A DNA stretch of 32,542 nt, taken from contig JAGVXW010000026.1 in assembly GCA_018303575.1 (NCBI GenBank), positions 1 to 32,542 on the forward strand, read 5' to 3'. The stretch comes from Candidatus Woesearchaeota archaeon (GTDB taxonomy: Archaea; Nanobdellota; Nanobdellia; Woesearchaeales; WJIZ01). Numbering within the stretch: the first letter of the stretch is position 1; every line of letters starts with the position of its first letter. The position numbers and the translations under genes are program-made. The notes under the pieces are model-generated. The model did not search any database. It was not told the origin of the DNA and saw nothing but the letters and a program-made list of their open reading frames with translations. This document shows, in pieces, positions 15,132 to 22,371 of the stretch.

Positions 15132-16223
15132 ATGAAAGGCCTCGCCATCTGCAATATTGGGATCGAGGATGTGGCTGCGCTGGATGTCAAGGAGCTTCTT
15201 TCTCAAGAGGCGCAAGTGGGGAAGGGGTTTGTAACATTTGACATTGCGTCTCACGCTGACTTGTGCAAGCTCTGCTACTGGGGACAAAGCGTGTCAAAGG
15301 CGCTTCTTGTGCTCGAGGAATATGGTTTCGATTCCCTGGACGAATTGGAAAAGAAGATTCAGAAGAATACTTTGGATGCATGGCTCACGCCGGGAAGAAC
15401 GTTCCGGGTGGACGTGTCCTCCCACGACGAGATTGATACGCAGGATTTGAGGGGGATCGTCGGCGGGGTGCTGCTTGAGGCGGGGGCGAAGTCTCATGTG
15501 GATCTCACGAATCCCGATGTCCTGGTGCATGTGTTCATTTCGGGGAAAAAGGCGTTTTTGGGTGTGGATTTCTCGGGAATTGATTTGAGCAAGCGCACCT
15601 ACCGCATCTACTCCAACCCCCGGGCAATCAAGGCCACGATCGCTTACGCGCTCGTCCGGCTGACTGGATATACTGGAAAAGAGACGTTCGTCGATCCCTT
15701 TTGCCTCGTGGGGTCGATTCCGATCGAGGCCGCGCTCTGGGCGTGCAGGTATCCGGTGAGGTTCTTCAACCAGGAGGAGCTGGCTTTCCTGAAGTTCATG
15801 AGCTTCGATTTCGAAAAGCATTCTGAGAAAGACGTTCAGATCATCGCCATCGACAGCCAGTTCAGGAACGTGGATTCCGCGAAGAAGAACGCGAAGATCG
15901 CCGGCGTGAACAAGGAGATCCAGTTCTCGCGGCAGGATGTCGGATGGCTGGATGTGAAGTTCAAGAAAGGGGAGGCAGAGCTGATCGCGACGGCGCTGCC
16001 GACGCTGACAAAGGAAGCGCACACCCGTGCCTACCTGAAAATCATCAAGGAATTCTTCCACCAGGCCGCGTATGTGCTCGCGAAGGTAGGCAGGATGGCG
16101 GTGTGCACGAAGAATCCTGAGGTTGTGAAGAAAGAGGCGGCTGAGAATGGGTTTATCGTGAAGGAGGAGAGGAAGGTGTGGCAGGGGAAGGAGGAATTGT
16201 GTATTCTGGTATTTTCTAGATGA
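15132..16223 (+). CDS. THUMP-domain RNA methyltransferase-like protein (Trm14/COG0116-like) with degenerate catalytic motifs
   Basis: 363-aa ORF. An N-terminal THUMP-like region is followed by DPFCLVGSIPIEAA, where the family has DPxCGSGTxxIEAA. IAIDSQ...NAKIAGV corresponds to motif II/III. ALPT occupies the position of NPPY. Confidence 0.65.
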   Translation: MKGLAICNIGIEDVAALDVKELLSQEAQVGKGFVTFDIASHADLCKLCYWGQSVSKALLVLEEYGFDSLDELEKKIQKNTLDAWLTPGRTFRVDVSSHDEIDTQDLRGIVGGVLLEAGAKSHVDLTNPDVLVHVFISGKKAFLGVDFSGIDLSKRTYRIYSNPRAIKATIAYALVRLTGYTGKETFVDPFCLVGSIPIEAALWACRYPVRFFNQEELAFLKFMSFDFEKHSEKDVQIIAIDSQFRNVDSAKKNAKIAGVNKEIQFSRQDVGWLDVKFKKGEAELIATALPTLTKEAHTRAYLKIIKEFFHQAAYVLAKVGRMAVCTKNPEVVKKEAAENGFIVKEERKVWQGKEELCILVFSR

Positions 16224-16228
16224 CTTGT

Positions 16229-16254
16229 CAAAAACCACCCGCTGGTGGTTTTTG
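16229..16254 (+). terminator. 11-bp perfect hairpin directly after the THUMP gene stop
   Basis: CAAAAACCACC-CGCT-GGTGGTTTTTG. The 3' arm ends in a T5 run. Confidence 0.45.
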
Positions 16255-16364
16255 AGCATGCTCGGAAATCGCTCGCTTACCATACACTGAAGCGATATGG
16301 CTTGCGCTTCGGCGATTTCGGACATGTCAATAAAATACTTAAAAGAAGTTCATTTCTCATCCTT

Positions 16365-16805
16365 ATGAATCCTGCTGAGCGTCCTATCCGAAACGGCAGA
16401 TCTTGGGGCACTTATCTTTTATTTGGAATTCTTGGACTTGGCCCAGCTTATTTTGCATTACACGCGGTAGTGGGATACAGAAATCAATGCATAAACGAGA
16501 GACATACGTCTTTCGCATCCGTAGATGAGTTGGAGGCCTGCCTTTCGCAAGAGAAGCGGACCTTGGGGCTTGAGGATTTGACTCTCCCCTGGGGTTTCAG
16601 CGATAGGGTCGACGTGGCAGGGACGCTTTACAATAACGATAAGGAAGAGTATAGCCTCATTTTCAATGGGATGCCTAATCGAGCGAATGTGAGACATGAG
16701 TTATGGCATGTCTATGAGATAAAAAACGGCATTCTTCGCGAACCCATTTTGCCATTCCAAGACCTTCTTGCGGAGTGGCGAGCGGCGAATCATGCTGATA
16801 GATAG
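16365..16805 (+). CDS. Membrane-anchored protein with an HExxH motif (possible small metallopeptidase)
   Basis: The ORF opens at 16245, but the AT-rich AATAAAATACTTAAAAG promoter-like sequence lies inside that extension, so I start at MNPAER (16365). It has a TM segment WGTYLLFGILGLGPAYFALHAVV and the motif VRHELWHVYE. Confidence 0.4.
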   Translation: MNPAERPIRNGRSWGTYLLFGILGLGPAYFALHAVVGYRNQCINERHTSFASVDELEACLSQEKRTLGLEDLTLPWGFSDRVDVAGTLYNNDKEEYSLIFNGMPNRANVRHELWHVYEIKNGILREPILPFQDLLAEWRAANHADR

Positions 16806-16836
16806 GTGACTCAGATAGATTATAGAAACCGCTTCT

Positions 16837-17211
16837 TTATCTTCCCAAATATTCGACATCCCTCATGCCCTTGAATCCGGGGTCGCCTGTGACAAGCTTC
16901 AGCTTATGCGCTTTCGCGGATTCGTAGATGAGAGAGTCGCCTAATCCTAATTTCTGCTTCGCGTTGAATTTCGCTGCATTGAGCGCAATGGTCGCGTCAA
17001 CGGGAATGACAAAGGAGTTTGCGAGCATCCACCTCACCATTTTATCTGCGTCCGCCTCACTCTTGTTGAGGATGGCAAACTTGTAGACTTCAGCGAGGTT
17101 AATAACGCTAATAAACACCATTCCCTCATTGAGATACTTCTCTATCGCAGCGGCTGCTTTTCCGTCTATGAAGTACTCAATCCAGCACCAAGAATCAACT
17201 AAAACGGTCAA
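16837..17211 (-). CDS. vapC: PIN-domain toxin VapC
   Basis: 124-aa ORF. The N-terminal VLVDSWCWIEY carries the first acidic PIN residue, followed by ...INLAEV...GLGDSLIYESA...LVTGDPGF, a typical VapC layout. It overlaps the upstream antitoxin by 17 nt. Confidence 0.85.
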   Translation of the reverse strand: MTVLVDSWCWIEYFIDGKAAAAIEKYLNEGMVFISVINLAEVYKFAILNKSEADADKMVRWMLANSFVIPVDATIALNAAKFNAKQKLGLGDSLIYESAKAHKLKLVTGDPGFKGMRDVEYLGR

Positions 17212-17395
17212 TCTGGTCCTCTCTCCTGAATTCCGGCATCCCTGGAAAGGCTCCTCTCATAGACTTCATCGGTTTCTTGATTTTTGCGATCATCTCTTTA
17301 AGGGTCTCATCGAAATTCGATGCCCCATATTCCTCTTTCAAGCTCGAGAGCATGAAGTGGGTGTCCTCTTGAATAGCAATGGTGGTTGTTGCCAT
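17195..17395 (-). CDS. vapB: VapB-type antitoxin
   Basis: 66-aa ORF overlapping the vapC start. TTIAIQEDTHFMLSSLKEEYG fits a strand-helix DNA-binding N-terminus. An AT-rich promoter lies directly upstream. Confidence 0.6.
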   Translation of the reverse strand: MATTTIAIQEDTHFMLSSLKEEYGASNFDETLKEMIAKIKKPMKSMRGAFPGMPEFRREDQIDRFS

Positions 17396-17440
17396 ACTTC
17401 ATAGAATATAACTTATAATATATAAATCTTTCGCCAGTTG

Positions 17441-17449
17441 TTTTATATA
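17441..17449 (+). promoter_or_regulatory. TATA box for rnpB
   Basis: TTTTATATA is centred about 27 nt upstream of the P1 stem start (17472). The surrounding 17401..17430 region (ATAGAATATAACTTATAATATATAAATC) probably also serves the divergent vapBC operon. Confidence 0.5.
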
Positions 17450-17471
17450 CTTCCTTTGACTTCTTCTTTAT

Positions 17472-17787
17472 GCGGGACAGGCACTTAGCTAACGGATGGA
17501 AACATCTGAGGAAAGTCCGCCCTCCCCTCGAAAGAGGACAAAGCCACCCTTTGGGATCCGGCAACGGATGGCAACCGCACAGAAACGAGACCCCCTCGGT
17601 CTAGGATGAGGCACGCGAAGGTTCCGGCAACGGAACTCAGTTAACCTGCCGACGTTGTCCGAGGAATGGCTAAAACGGCGAGCCCTGGCTGGAGCAAGTC
17701 ATTCGACGCTTAGTTCAATGCTAAGGAGGCCATCGAAGCACTCGCTTGGTAACGGGCCTTACAGAAGGCGGCTTATCCCTGTCCTGC
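17472..17787 (+). ncRNA. rnpB: RNase P RNA (archaeal type)
   Basis: P1 pairs GCGGGACAGG (17472..17481) with CCTGTCCTGC (17778..17787). The universally conserved GAGGAAAGTCCG is near the 5' end and ACAGAAGGCGGCTTA near the 3' end. Overlapping ORFs on the minus strand have no coding features. Confidence 0.85.
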
Positions 17788-17834
17788 GCCTTTCTTTCAG
17801 AGGGTTTATAAGATAAAAAAGACTCCCGTCAGGC

Positions 17835-18896
17835 ATGCCTATTGAAGATGGAGGAGCGGCGGTAAGCTTCCGAAACGACAAGGACCTCTATAGCGCATAT
17901 CAGAGTGGGCGGGCTCCTGCTGGCGTGACCGCGATGCGGCTGTTTTCCGCGATCCACAACAAGGGAAGCCCGCAGGAAGCTTTGGAGTTCGCATTTGGGG
18001 CTGATGTCCTTCCCCTCTACCTTGCCATCTGGGAAGCGAGCGGCCTCAAGCTGGGGTTTGTCCCTGGGAACATAGTCTTTGCGCAATCGAGGGAGGGGCA
18101 GACACGATTCGGACCTCCAGAGATTCTCCGGGAGCGCGTGCGATTACGGATGGAAGCGCTCGCCCAGACGCCGAAGGAGCATGGGCAGCTTGCGGACGCG
18201 TATGTGCGGACCGGCCTTGAGCAAGAAGCTATTCCACACTACGAACGCGCGTTCAGATTACAGGATTGCGCCACGCTCGCAAGAAGGAAAGGAGATCTGC
18301 CTCTTGCCGCTGCCTACGCAAGAGATCATGCCCAGAATACAAGGCAGGAAGCGGACTATCGCTGGGCTGGGGGATTGGAGGAGGAGGCGGGGAATTTCGA
18401 CGGCGCCTGGGGACTGTACCATATGGGCATGGCACCGGTGGACGCGCTCCGCGCGAAAGCCAGAGCTCTCCATGCTTCGGGAAGGGCCGAGGATGCTGTC
18501 TCCGTCTATCGCGACGGCCTTAAGGCATTCGTGGCTGTCGGGATGGCCGAACATGATAAACAAACCAGGAACGTCCCTTGCAAGCTTAGGTCGTCAGTAC
18601 CCGGCGCCGAGGTGCTCACCTTCCTCCTTTGGCTCAGCGGCAAAGAGCCAGAACCGAAAGTGGAGAGGAGGACATGCCCTGACCTGGCTGAAATCGTGTA
18701 TCGTCTGATCTGGGGAGAGGCCGAGGTGGCGAGTAAGCATAGCCTTCCACAGGTATACGAGTTCCTTGCCGTGGAGTCACAGCGGTACCGGGAAGCGGCC
18801 AAGCGGACGAAGCGAAATCCGGTCGAAAAAATTCTTGATTGGATGCGGGAGCGGCTGGGGCTCAGGCATCCGCCGCTCTACGCCGTGGGGCGGTAG
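17835..18896 (+). CDS. Hypothetical protein with TPR-like helical repeats
   Basis: 353-aa ORF. TATA-like GTTTATAAGAT lies about 27 nt upstream. The central region (LADAYVRTGLEQEAIPHYERAF..., GNFDGAWGLYHMG..., GRAEDAVSVYRDGLKAF) resembles TPR helices. By eye it is more GC-rich than its neighbours. Confidence 0.5.
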   Translation: MPIEDGGAAVSFRNDKDLYSAYQSGRAPAGVTAMRLFSAIHNKGSPQEALEFAFGADVLPLYLAIWEASGLKLGFVPGNIVFAQSREGQTRFGPPEILRERVRLRMEALAQTPKEHGQLADAYVRTGLEQEAIPHYERAFRLQDCATLARRKGDLPLAAAYARDHAQNTRQEADYRWAGGLEEEAGNFDGAWGLYHMGMAPVDALRAKARALHASGRAEDAVSVYRDGLKAFVAVGMAEHDKQTRNVPCKLRSSVPGAEVLTFLLWLSGKEPEPKVERRTCPDLAEIVYRLIWGEAEVASKHSLPQVYEFLAVESQRYREAAKRTKRNPVEKILDWMRERLGLRHPPLYAVGR

Positions 18897-18927
18897 GTTT
18901 TTAAACATCTTGGGCTTTCTTTGGGGC

Positions 18928-19101
18928 ATGGCGCAGGACCGGGTGCAGATGCCGTCGGGCATGGGCGGGCTTGTCAGATATTTCGACGAGTACAAGAGCA
19001 AGATCGTCCTCAAGCCGGGGCATATCATCCTGCTGTGCGTCATCGTCATCCTCATCATGGCATTCTTATATATCTACGGCAATCGACTTCTCGGACTATG
19101 A
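18928..19101 (+). CDS. secG: Preprotein translocase subunit Sec61beta (archaeal SecG)
   Basis: MAQDRVQMPSGMGGLVRYFDEYKSKIVLKPGHIILLCVIVILIMAFLYIYG matches the Sec61beta pattern: a GLxRYFDE motif followed by a single C-terminal TM segment. It uses an internal ATG of the 18766..19101 ORF. Confidence 0.8.
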   Translation: MAQDRVQMPSGMGGLVRYFDEYKSKIVLKPGHIILLCVIVILIMAFLYIYGNRLLGL

Positions 19102-19431
19102 TTCCCGGCATGAACCCGCGGATGATGAAGCAGGCCATGAAGCGCATGGGCATGGAGCAGGACTGAAGTGATTATCCGCACTCCCGAGAAGGAGATTGTG
19201 TTTTCGCAGCCGAGCGTCGCGAAAGTGCAGATGATGGGGCAGGAATCGTGGCAGATCACGGGAGAGTATGAGGAAAGATCCCTTGAATCGGCCGTCGAGA
19301 TCAGCGAAGAGGATGTCAAGACTGTGATGGAACAGACGCATAAATCAGAAGAAGAGGCCAGGAAGGCGATTGAGAATCATAAGGGGGATTTGGCTGCGGC
19401 GATTCTGGAATTGTCTGGGAGTTCTGAATAA
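19098..19431 (+). pseudogene. nac: Nascent polypeptide-associated complex protein (NAC), reading frame broken by a +1 shift at 19164..19167
   Basis: The N-terminal MIPGMNPRMMKQAMKRMGMEQD ends at a TGA (19164..19166). The rest, VIIRTPEKEIVFSQPSVAKVQMMGQESWQITGEY...EEDVKTVMEQTHKSEEEARKAIENHKGDLAAAILELS (NAC plus UBA-like domains), continues in the +1 frame from 19168. Skipping T19164 gives ...MEQDEVIIRT. Confidence 0.7.
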
Positions 19432-19456
19432 AAATAAGGAATAAAAAAGAAAAAAA

Positions 19457-19792
19457 TCACTTGCTCTTCGCGATCTCAAAGAGCGACTTAATCGCGACGA
19501 TGCCAGCCGCGGGGCCGACGAACGTCACGACATTCTGCAGCATGTTGCGCACGACTTCCATAGGCACGACCAGCGCGAGGCTTGAAGCGCTCACGACGAA
19601 CGCCACGGACGCGAGCAGGAAGTTGTGGGTCTCGTGGCCCGCGACATTGAGCAGCCCGACTACCAGCCCCAAGAACGCCAGGAGCCAAACAAGAGTAGGC
19701 CCCGCCGCGCTCACGAACCCGGCAATCACCGCAACCACAAGGCCGACGATAAACGCCCATCGGCCGATCAGTTCCATGTTCATTGCTGCCAT
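19457..19792 (-). CDS. Small integral membrane protein (3-4 TM)
   Basis: 111-aa ORF that is almost entirely hydrophobic helices (WAFIVGLVVAVIAGFV, LVWLLAFLGLVVGLL, FLLASVAFVVSASSLALVV). An oligo-T tract follows the stop on the minus strand. Confidence 0.6.
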   Translation of the reverse strand: MAAMNMELIGRWAFIVGLVVAVIAGFVSAAGPTLVWLLAFLGLVVGLLNVAGHETHNFLLASVAFVVSASSLALVVPMEVVRNMLQNVVTFVGPAAGIVAIKSLFEIAKSK

Positions 19793-19905
19793 ATGGCTTT
19801 CACCTCCAAAGCTTTGGCATGGCTTCTTGGGATTGCCGCTTATAAAAATATTGCCTTTTTTTCCCGCCGGATTTTCGCGTTTTCGCCTCTCTATATTTAT
19901 ATCCT

Positions 19906-19959
19906 ATACCGAAATTATTAAATACATATACCTTTTAGATACCTTTTTAATACCTCTAG
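19906..19959 (+). promoter_or_regulatory. Helically phased ATACC iterons overlapping the promoter of the 19973..21999 cassette
   Basis: ATACC occurs at 19906, 19928, 19939 and 19950 (spacings 22, 11, 11). The last three lie in tandem 11-bp units ATACCTTTTAG / ATACCTTTTTA / ATACCTCTAG. TATA-like TTTTTAATA is embedded about 25 nt upstream of the ATG at 19973. Confidence 0.5.
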
Positions 19960-19972
19960 ATGCAGGAAGCAC

Positions 19973-20110
19973 ATGAAAGTCGAGCTGACAGATGTTGACG
20001 AGGTTATAGACGCGCGCGTGGAGGGCTACAAGACGAGCACGCGCGTGAGCGTGCCGAAGAAGTACGCGAACAGGCGCGTAAAAATCGTCATCCTTAAAGA
20101 TGAAAGCTGA
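19973..20110 (+). CDS. 45-aa protein resembling the small archaeal DUF2080 / AbrB-like DNA-binding fold (below the ORF-track cutoff)
   Basis: My translation is MKVELTDVDEVIDARVEGYKTSTRVSVPKKYANRRVKIVILKDES*. The pattern ...V.K.V...G.S..V.VPK.W.GK.V.VIL is what I remember for DUF2080-type proteins. Its stop overlaps the next gene by 11 nt. Confidence 0.45.
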   Translation: MKVELTDVDEVIDARVEGYKTSTRVSVPKKYANRRVKIVILKDES

Positions 20111-20429
20111 CTCCCATCTGGGCATCGCCGCGGAACTGCTAAAAACGTTCGCGCTCGTAGACGAGCCGAAGCTGCTGCTGGCTTGCGTCGAGGAAGTGCG
20201 GAAGGCGCTCCGGGCAGCGGGCATCCGTCCGGAACTGGCCAGGACGCTTGACCGCATCCTCTCAAAGCACCGGGAGAGCCCGATGGAGTTTTCACGGAGC
20301 GGGAAGCTGATTATAGCCGACGACAGATTCCTGCTGGAGACGCTGGACGGCGCCAAGATCGCGGCATTCATCGAAGAAGCACGGAGGGAAATCGGAACGC
20401 ATGGAAGAGAGCTACTTACAGGCCGTTGA
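20100..20429 (+). CDS. Hypothetical helical protein (cassette gene 2)
   Basis: 109-aa ORF overlapping both neighbours. No motif recognised. Confidence 0.5.
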   Translation: MKADSHLGIAAELLKTFALVDEPKLLLACVEEVRKALRAAGIRPELARTLDRILSKHRESPMEFSRSGKLIIADDRFLLETLDGAKIAAFIEEARREIGTHGRELLTGR

Positions 20430-20856
20430 GGAGTTCAAGCGGCTGGACCATTTGTATTACGTTACCTTAAAATACACCCGTACCGTAGATGTGATCCGGG
20501 CGACGCTGGAGCGCATCATCTCGACGCACGAGCACGCGGTCGAGGCGCTGCTGAAATGCCTCAAGCAGGAGAAGAAGGTGACTGAGATTCCGGCGAGCCC
20601 GGTCGCAAGGGCGCAGCTGCTGATGCAGCATCTCTCCGACCCTCGCTTGGTGCAGTTCCTGGAGCTGTACCTCAAGCTCAGGGCAGTGATGCGGCAGCCC
20701 TATGAGAAAAAAGAGGAATACCGGAGGCATGTGACGATGATCGTGCAGTTCGAGGGCGAGACGCTGAATATCGACATCGACAAGCTCAAGGAATACTTTG
20801 ACAACACGGGCGAGCTGCTCAGGCATGTGAAGCAGCGCGTCCTGGAGTGCAAATGA
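20401..20856 (+). CDS. Hypothetical helical protein (cassette gene 3)
   Basis: 151-aa ORF overlapping both the previous and the next gene. It appears all-helical (LDHLYYVTLKYTRTVDVIRATLERIISTHEHAVEALL...). Confidence 0.55.
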   Translation: MEESYLQAVEEFKRLDHLYYVTLKYTRTVDVIRATLERIISTHEHAVEALLKCLKQEKKVTEIPASPVARAQLLMQHLSDPRLVQFLELYLKLRAVMRQPYEKKEEYRRHVTMIVQFEGETLNIDIDKLKEYFDNTGELLRHVKQRVLECK

Positions 20857-21524
20857 CGCGCATCTTGCATATCACAGGCCACGCCGGAGCGGGCAAGAGC
20901 ATAGTGGCTGTCAACCTGGCCGCCGCGTTCCAGAAGCAGGGGAAGAAGACCTTCCTTGTTGACGGCAACCTCTATTCTCCTGCGGTGGCCCATTACTGCG
21001 GCATAGACTTCCAGACGTGCATCAATGATTATCTTGAGGGCAAGGCGACGCTTGAAGAGATTTCGCATTTACATTCGTCAGGGCTGACCATCCTTCCTGC
21101 TGCGCCCCAGGAGCACGAGGCGGATCTTGAGGCGCTCAACAAAGCTTTGCTTATGCTCACGGGCAGGGCGGACATCGTTGTTGTGGACAGCTTCTCCCAT
21201 GCGCCGCTGGTGGCGCACGTTATAGATGCTGCGGATGAGAGCGTCTTCGTCACGCATGACGATTTCCACAGCGTGCTCTCAAGCCGCGATCTTATCCGGC
21301 ATCTCGAGGCGAAAGGGGCAAATATTGTTGGAGTTGTGGTGAACAGGAAGCGGGCGAAGAGCAACAGCCGGCACATCCAGACGATCCTCGGAAAGACTAT
21401 CCTCGCGGAGCTCCCGCACGACGAGCGCATGGTCGACTACGCTGACGACGGCAAGATCGCCTGCCTGCACACGAAAGCGGGGGCCGCCGGGGCGCTGCTT
21501 GAGCTCGCGAAGACGATCGGATAG
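20847..21524 (+). CDS. MinD/ParA-family P-loop ATPase with a non-canonical deviant Walker A
   Basis: 225-aa ORF. ILHITGHAGAGKSIVAVNLA aligns with the family GKGGVGKT, but His replaces the signature Lys. DIVVVDS fits Walker B, and VGVVVNR fits the family's C-terminal pattern. Confidence 0.8.
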   Translation: MQMTRILHITGHAGAGKSIVAVNLAAAFQKQGKKTFLVDGNLYSPAVAHYCGIDFQTCINDYLEGKATLEEISHLHSSGLTILPAAPQEHEADLEALNKALLMLTGRADIVVVDSFSHAPLVAHVIDAADESVFVTHDDFHSVLSSRDLIRHLEAKGANIVGVVVNRKRAKSNSRHIQTILGKTILAELPHDERMVDYADDGKIACLHTKAGAAGALLELAKTIG

Positions 21525-21531
21525 GCTCACG

Positions 21532-21999
21532 ATGCACTGGAGCCAAAAAGAGGTGGAGAAGGCGGCGAAGATCGTCGCCCGCGCTGAGAAGAAAAAGAGC
21601 GGCTCGCTCCGGCTGCTTGACGAGACCGTGCATTGGCTGCTGCTGCTCGTCGTTCTTTTAGGAAACCTGATTCTTGCGGGATTCCTGGTCCTTGTGAGCG
21701 ACATTCTCGACGCTTTTTTCCTTACAACTGTCTTGATTTTGGGCCTCGCGTTCGGCTGGCTGGTCGAGATGCCCCTGCGCGATTTGGAGAAGCTGGACAA
21801 GCACAAGCATTTCCTGTCGCGAGTGCTGCTTCCCTTGCTCGCTCTTGTGAATGTCTATCTTATAATAGGCCTGAAGCGGATGGCCGAGATTTCTTTGGGC
21901 AAGACGCTCGAGTTCAACGCGCTTCTCGCCGGAATTGTCTATGGAGTTGCGTTCCTGATGCCGCATCTGTGGTACCATCTGAAGAAACGAGTTCAATAA
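21532..21999 (+). CDS. Membrane protein, about 4 TM (cassette gene 5)
   Basis: The ORF opens at 21499, but the ATG at 21532 (MHWSQKEVEKAAK...) follows the ATPase stop (21524) without overlap. TM helices include WLLLLVVLLGNLILAGFLVLV, FFLTTVLILGLAFGWLV, LLPLLALVNVYLIIGL and LLAGIVYGVAFLM. Confidence 0.55.
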   Translation: MHWSQKEVEKAAKIVARAEKKKSGSLRLLDETVHWLLLLVVLLGNLILAGFLVLVSDILDAFFLTTVLILGLAFGWLVEMPLRDLEKLDKHKHFLSRVLLPLLALVNVYLIIGLKRMAEISLGKTLEFNALLAGIVYGVAFLMPHLWYHLKKRVQ

Positions 22000-22012
22000 A
22001 GCGAACGGAAAT

Positions 22013-22034
22013 AAAGAGGGTGGCTACCGGGATT
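22013..22034 (-). repeat. Duplicated 3' end of tRNA-His (17 nt of the tRNA plus 5 nt of trailer)
   Basis: AAAGAGGGTGGCTACCGGGATT is identical to 22116..22137. The copy breaks off in the T-loop and continues as CCCACGAGC. Confidence 0.75.
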
Positions 22035-22121
22035 CCCACGAGCTTTTTGCCAAAACCTCGGAAAATGCGCTTAAGTGGGGTTTTACAAACCCCACGAATC
22101 TGCAGAATAACTGAAAAAGAG

Positions 22122-22217
22122 GGTGGCTACCGGGATTTGAACCCGGAATCACAGGATTGCTATGGCGCATCGCGCCGCCACAGTCCCGTATGTTGACCAG
22201 GTTACACCATAGCCACC
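22122..22217 (-). tRNA. tRNA-His (anticodon GTG) with encoded G-1 and a 20-nt intron (plus-strand 22158..22177) at position 37/38
   Basis: The reverse complement reads G-1, GTGGCTA/TG/GTGT-loop-ACAT/A/CGGGA-CTGTGG[CGGCGCGATGCGCCATAGCA]A-TCCTG/TGATT/CCGGG-TTCAAAT-CCCGG/TAGCCAC-C. G-1 opposite C73 is the His identity feature. On the minus strand TTTATATA lies about 25-30 nt upstream. Confidence 0.85.
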
Positions 22218-22371
22218 ATGCCTTCTTGGATTCCCGGGCCGTATATAAAGATTGTTTTACCGAAACCGATGACCGGAGCATTTATAAACCTCTGGGAACT
22301 CCCGGAAAGCAGCAGCCCGAGTCTCTTTGAGGCGATCATAGGGTTTCGAGATGTTCTCGGCTGTCTCCATC

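Noticed and set aside
15294-16325. 343-aa minus-strand ORF
   Set aside because: It is antisense to the THUMP methyltransferase-like gene and has low-complexity R/L/H/P-rich sequence with no recognisable domain.
17307-18086. Minus-strand ORFs 17307..17564 and 17829..18086
   Set aside because: The first overlaps the RNase P RNA gene and its promoter. The second is antisense to the start of the 353-aa gene. Neither has a coding-like composition.
18079-18708. Alternative-frame 209-aa ORF inside 17835..18896
   Set aside because: Its translation is extremely Arg/Ser/Gly-rich, whereas the 353-aa frame gives balanced composition with TPR-like helices and has a TATA box at the right distance.
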